A program made the position numbers and the translations under genes. A stretch of DNA of 64,000 nucleotides from an uncultured Actinomycetota bacterium (GTDB lineage: Bacteria; Actinomycetota; Actinomycetes; Propionibacteriales; Propionibacteriaceae). Position 1 is the first letter of the stretch; the number at the start of each line of letters is the position of its first letter. The notes under the pieces are model-generated. The model did not search any database. It was not told where the DNA came from and worked only from the letters and a program-made list of their open reading frames with translations. The stretch lies in contig CAVSFR010000006.1 of assembly GCA_963727215.1 (NCBI GenBank), positions 319,761 through 383,760 on the forward strand, given 5' to 3'. Of this stretch, positions 61,059 through 64,000 are shown in pieces.

Positions 61059-62513
61059 ATGGCGACCGATCCTGCACCAGAGCCCGAGCCGACCCTGCCC
61101 GAGGACGACCTGGTCACCACCAGTCATGCGATCGGCGCGGGCCGAGGCCGGCTGACCTACACGACCACCACCGGGCGGACGGTGCTGCGCGAGGAGGTCG
61201 TCGAGGACGGCAGCTACCGCGGCCCGCAGCCGCGAGCCCAGCTGTTCTCGACCTCCTACGTCCTCGACGATGTCGACGCGGCCAGCCGGCCGGTGACCTT
61301 CGCCTTCAACGGCGGTCCCGGGTCGTCCTCGGTCTGGCTGCACCTGGGCCTGCTGGGCCCGCGGCGGGTGGTGATGGGCGACGTGGGCACCTTGGATCCG
61401 CCGCCCTACGGGCTGACCGACAACCTCGAGTCCCTGCTCCGCGTCTGCGACCTGGTCTTCATCGACCCGGTCACCACGGGCTACTCGCGGACCCACGAGG
61501 GCGGCCAGGCCGACAGCTACCACGGCTACCGCCGAGACCTGGAGTCGGTCTCGGAGTTCATCCGGCTGTGGACGAGCCGGCACGACCGCTGGCGCTCGCC
61601 GAAGTTCCTGGCCGGTGAGTCCTACGGCACCACCCGGGCTGCCGCTCTCGCCCAGCACCTCGCGGAGGAGTCAGGGCTCTACCTGAACGGCCTGATGCTG
61701 ATCTCCTCGGTGCTCGACATCGGCTCGGTCGACTTCCTCCCGGGCGTCGACACCGCCTACGCCCTGTACCTGCCCACCTACACCGCTGCTGCGCACTTCC
61801 ACGGTCGCATCGACGGGGAGCTGCGCGCCCGGGTCGCGGAGGCGGAGGAGTTCGCCGCCCGCGAGCTGCCCTGGGCGCTCGCCCGCGGACACCGGCTGCG
61901 CGGCACCGAGCGGGAGGCGGTGGTCCAGCGCTACGCGGCGCTGACCGGCCTGTCCCCCGGCTACGTGGACCGGGCCGACCTGCGGGTGCAGCTGGGAGCC
62001 TTCACCGCCGAGCTGTTGCGCGACCAGGGACGGCTGCTGGGCCGGCTGGACCTGAGGTTCACGGGCTGGCCGGCCGACCGCAACGCTTCCGAGGCGCCGG
62101 CCGACCCGAGCTACGAGGCGCTGGTCGGCCCGTACGCGGCGGCGGTGAACGGCTACCTCCGGTCCGAGCTCGGGTACGCCACCGACGTCGCGTACAACGT
62201 CCTCACCGCCGCGGTGAGGCCGTGGTCCTACGCCGAGTTCGAGGGCCGTCCGGTCGAGACGGCGACCGCGCTGGCCGCGGCGATGCGCGCCAACCCGCAC
62301 CTGCGGGTGCACGTCTCCTGCGGCCTCTACGACGGCGCGACGCCACACTTCGCCGCCGAGCACGTCTTCGCCCACCTCCAGCTGCCGGCGGACGAGCTGG
62401 ACCGCGTGACGTGGGCCTACTACGAGTCCGGTCACATGATGTATGTGCACGAGCCCAGCCGTCTGCAGCAGTCGGCGGACCTGGCGGCCTTCGTCGCAGC
62501 GGCCGTGTCCTGA
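61059..62513 (+). CDS. S10-family serine carboxypeptidase
   Basis: FAFNGGPGSSS, DLVFIDPV.TGYS, AGESYG, GLYDGATP, YESGHMMY. Confidence 0.9.
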   Translation: MATDPAPEPEPTLPEDDLVTTSHAIGAGRGRLTYTTTTGRTVLREEVVEDGSYRGPQPRAQLFSTSYVLDDVDAASRPVTFAFNGGPGSSSVWLHLGLLGPRRVVMGDVGTLDPPPYGLTDNLESLLRVCDLVFIDPVTTGYSRTHEGGQADSYHGYRRDLESVSEFIRLWTSRHDRWRSPKFLAGESYGTTRAAALAQHLAEESGLYLNGLMLISSVLDIGSVDFLPGVDTAYALYLPTYTAAAHFHGRIDGELRARVAEAEEFAARELPWALARGHRLRGTEREAVVQRYAALTGLSPGYVDRADLRVQLGAFTAELLRDQGRLLGRLDLRFTGWPADRNASEAPADPSYEALVGPYAAAVNGYLRSELGYATDVAYNVLTAAVRPWSYAEFEGRPVETATALAAAMRANPHLRVHVSCGLYDGATPHFAAEHVFAHLQLPADELDRVTWAYYESGHMMYVHEPSRLQQSADLAAFVAAAVS

Positions 62514-62568
62514 CCCGATGCGTGTCGACGCCTCCGGGTGGCCCCGGTCATGGGCCAGACTGGTCGCC

Positions 62569-62883
62569 GTGAGCAACCCCTACCAGCCCGGACCCGGCTA
62601 CGGCGGCGGCTACGGCCAACCGCATCCCGACGCCACCACCGTTCTCGTCCTCGGCATCATCGGTCTGGTCGTCTGCCCGATCGTCTCGGTCATCGGCTGG
62701 GTCAAGGGCAACCGTGCCCTGGCCGAGATCGACGCCAACCCGCAGACCTACAACAACCGGCAGACCGTGTCCATCGGTCGGATCCTGAGCATCGTCGGCG
62801 TGGCCCTGTGGGCCCTGTCGTTGGTCTCGATCGCGGTGCTCGTCGGGCTGGGGGTGATGGGCAGCGTCATGGGCAGCCGCTGA
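62569..62883 (+). CDS. Small DUF4190-type membrane protein
   Basis: HPDATTVLVLGIIG, RALAEID..P..Y, GRILSIVG. Confidence 0.78.
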   Translation: MSNPYQPGPGYGGGYGQPHPDATTVLVLGIIGLVVCPIVSVIGWVKGNRALAEIDANPQTYNNRQTVSIGRILSIVGVALWALSLVSIAVLVGLGVMGSVMGSR

Positions 62884-62886
62884 CGC

Positions 62887-63180
62887 TCAGCGTCCGGCCG
62901 GCACCGCGACGGCCAGCACCAGCACGGCGATCCCGGCCAGAGCGAGAACGCCGACGTCGAAGGGCTTGCTGCGCACCTCGAGCAGCCCCGCTCCCCGGCT
63001 GGGCAGCAGCAGCCGCTCGAGGGCGCCCACGACCAGCGAAGCCCCGATCAGCAGGCTGCCCGGCCGCCAGGTCGACTCTCCGACCATCACGACGACGAGC
63101 CCCGCCAGCACACCGAGCACCACCACCAGCAGTGGCCACTGCCGCAGTGAGAGGGTCGCGTTCGGGTCCGGACGGTTCAT
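62887..63180 (-). CDS. DUF3017-type small membrane protein
   Basis: QWP, RLLLP...AGLLEVRSKPFDV; lies downstream of folD as is common in Actinobacteria. Confidence 0.75.
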   Translation of the reverse strand: MNRPDPNATLSLRQWPLLVVVLGVLAGLVVVMVGESTWRPGSLLIGASLVVGALERLLLPSRGAGLLEVRSKPFDVGVLALAGIAVLVLAVAVPAGR

Positions 63181-63187
63181 CGCCAGC

Positions 63188-64000
63188 TCACCGGGCGTCA
63201 GCCGCCATCCGCTCGGCCCGGTCCACCACATTGCTGAGCAGCATCGCCCGCGTCATCGGGCCGACCCCGCCAGGCACCGGCGCCACCCAGGACGCCACCT
63301 CGTGCACGCTGGGGTCGAGATCGCCGACCAGGCCGGCCTCGGTACGGGTGATGCCGACGTCGACGCAGACGGCCCCGGGCTTGATCATCTCGGCGGTGAC
63401 CAGGCCGGGCCGCCCGGCCGCGGCGATCACGATGTCGGCGGTACGCGTGTGCGCGGCCACGTCGACCGTGCCGGTGTGGCAGAGCGTGACCGTCGCGTTC
63501 TCGCTCTTGCGGGTGAGCAGCAGCCCGAGCGGCCGGCCCACCGTGGTGCCGCGGCCGATCACGCAGACCTCGGCCCCGGCCAGCGGCACGCCGTACCGCC
63601 GCAGCAGCTCGACGATCCCGCGCGGCGTGCAGGGCAGCGGGGCCGGCTCGGACAGCACGAGGCGACCGAGGTTGATCGGGTGCAGCCCGTCCGCGTCCTT
63701 CTGCGGGTCGACCAGCTCGAGCGCCCAGTTGTCGTCGAGGCTGCCCGGCAGCGGTAGCTGCACGATGAAGCCGGTGCACGCCGGGTCGGCGTTCAGCCGC
63801 TCGATCTCGGCCTGCAGCTCGGCGGCGGTCGTGGCGGCCGGCAGCTGGACCTCGAGGGAGGCGATCCCCACCTGGGCGCAGTCGCGGTGCTTGCCCGCCA
63901 CGTAGGAGTGGCTGCCCGGGTCGTCGCCCACCAGCACCGTCCCGAGCCCAGGCACCACCCCCAGCTCGGCCAGCGCGCTCACGCGCACCTTCAGCTCGTT
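63188..64000 (-). CDS. folD: Bifunctional methylene-THF dehydrogenase/cyclohydrolase, 5'-truncated by window edge
   Basis: [46 protein letters not shown]. Confidence 0.97.
   Translation of the reverse strand, partial: NELKVRVSALAELGVVPGLGTVLVGDDPGSHSYVAGKHRDCAQVGIASLEVQLPAATTAAELQAEIERLNADPACTGFIVQLPLPGSLDDNWALELVDPQKDADGLHPINLGRLVLSEPAPLPCTPRGIVELLRRYGVPLAGAEVCVIGRGTTVGRPLGLLLTRKSENATVTLCHTGTVDVAAHTRTADIVIAAAGRPGLVTAEMIKPGAVCVDVGITRTEAGLVGDLDPSVHEVASWVAPVPGGVGPMTRAMLLSNVVDRAERMAADAR

Overview
High-GC actinobacterial chromosomal segment (gene content and order suggest a Propionibacteriales-like organism; inference). It is mostly core metabolism: pxpABC, biotin carboxylase, Sir2, LpdA-like quinone reductase, PNP plus phosphohexomutase, lat-pcd-fused TPP E1-glutaryl-CoA dehydrogenase, deoC with two ALDH genes, a DosS-like sensor, amino-acid permease-GluB-DUF294 nucleotidyltransferase-metallophosphoesterase, metG, a nucleoside ABC transporter with cdd/add, methylmalonyl-CoA mutase, trpS, icd, mdh and folD. 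No rRNA, tRNA, CRISPR array or classical transposase was recognised. The most striking unexplained structure is a family of palindromes exactly 54 bp long, with conserved ends (CCGACTTGTCAG...CTGACAAGTCGG) and variable interiors. There are six full copies and one probable half copy. Four bracket two paralogous ~325-aa AbiEi-like/DUF559 PD-(D/E)XK nuclease genes, each gene with its own repeat subtype. In both cassettes the stop codon lies inside the downstream palindrome, and a TCCACAG pair with 29-bp spacing follows the upstream one. Solo copies of both subtypes occur elsewhere, one in frame (18 codons) inside a metabolic gene. This resembles a REP/REPtron-like system served by a non-RAYT nuclease (hypothesis). 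Other leads: a candidate lysine to glutaryl-CoA operon using a fused TPP E1, a possible nucleotidyl writer/eraser pair in a nitrogen-type operon, a DosS-like probable pseudokinase, and an SOS-boxed DUF222-HNH gene between 8-bp direct repeats. All annotations come from reading motifs by eye; no database search was run.
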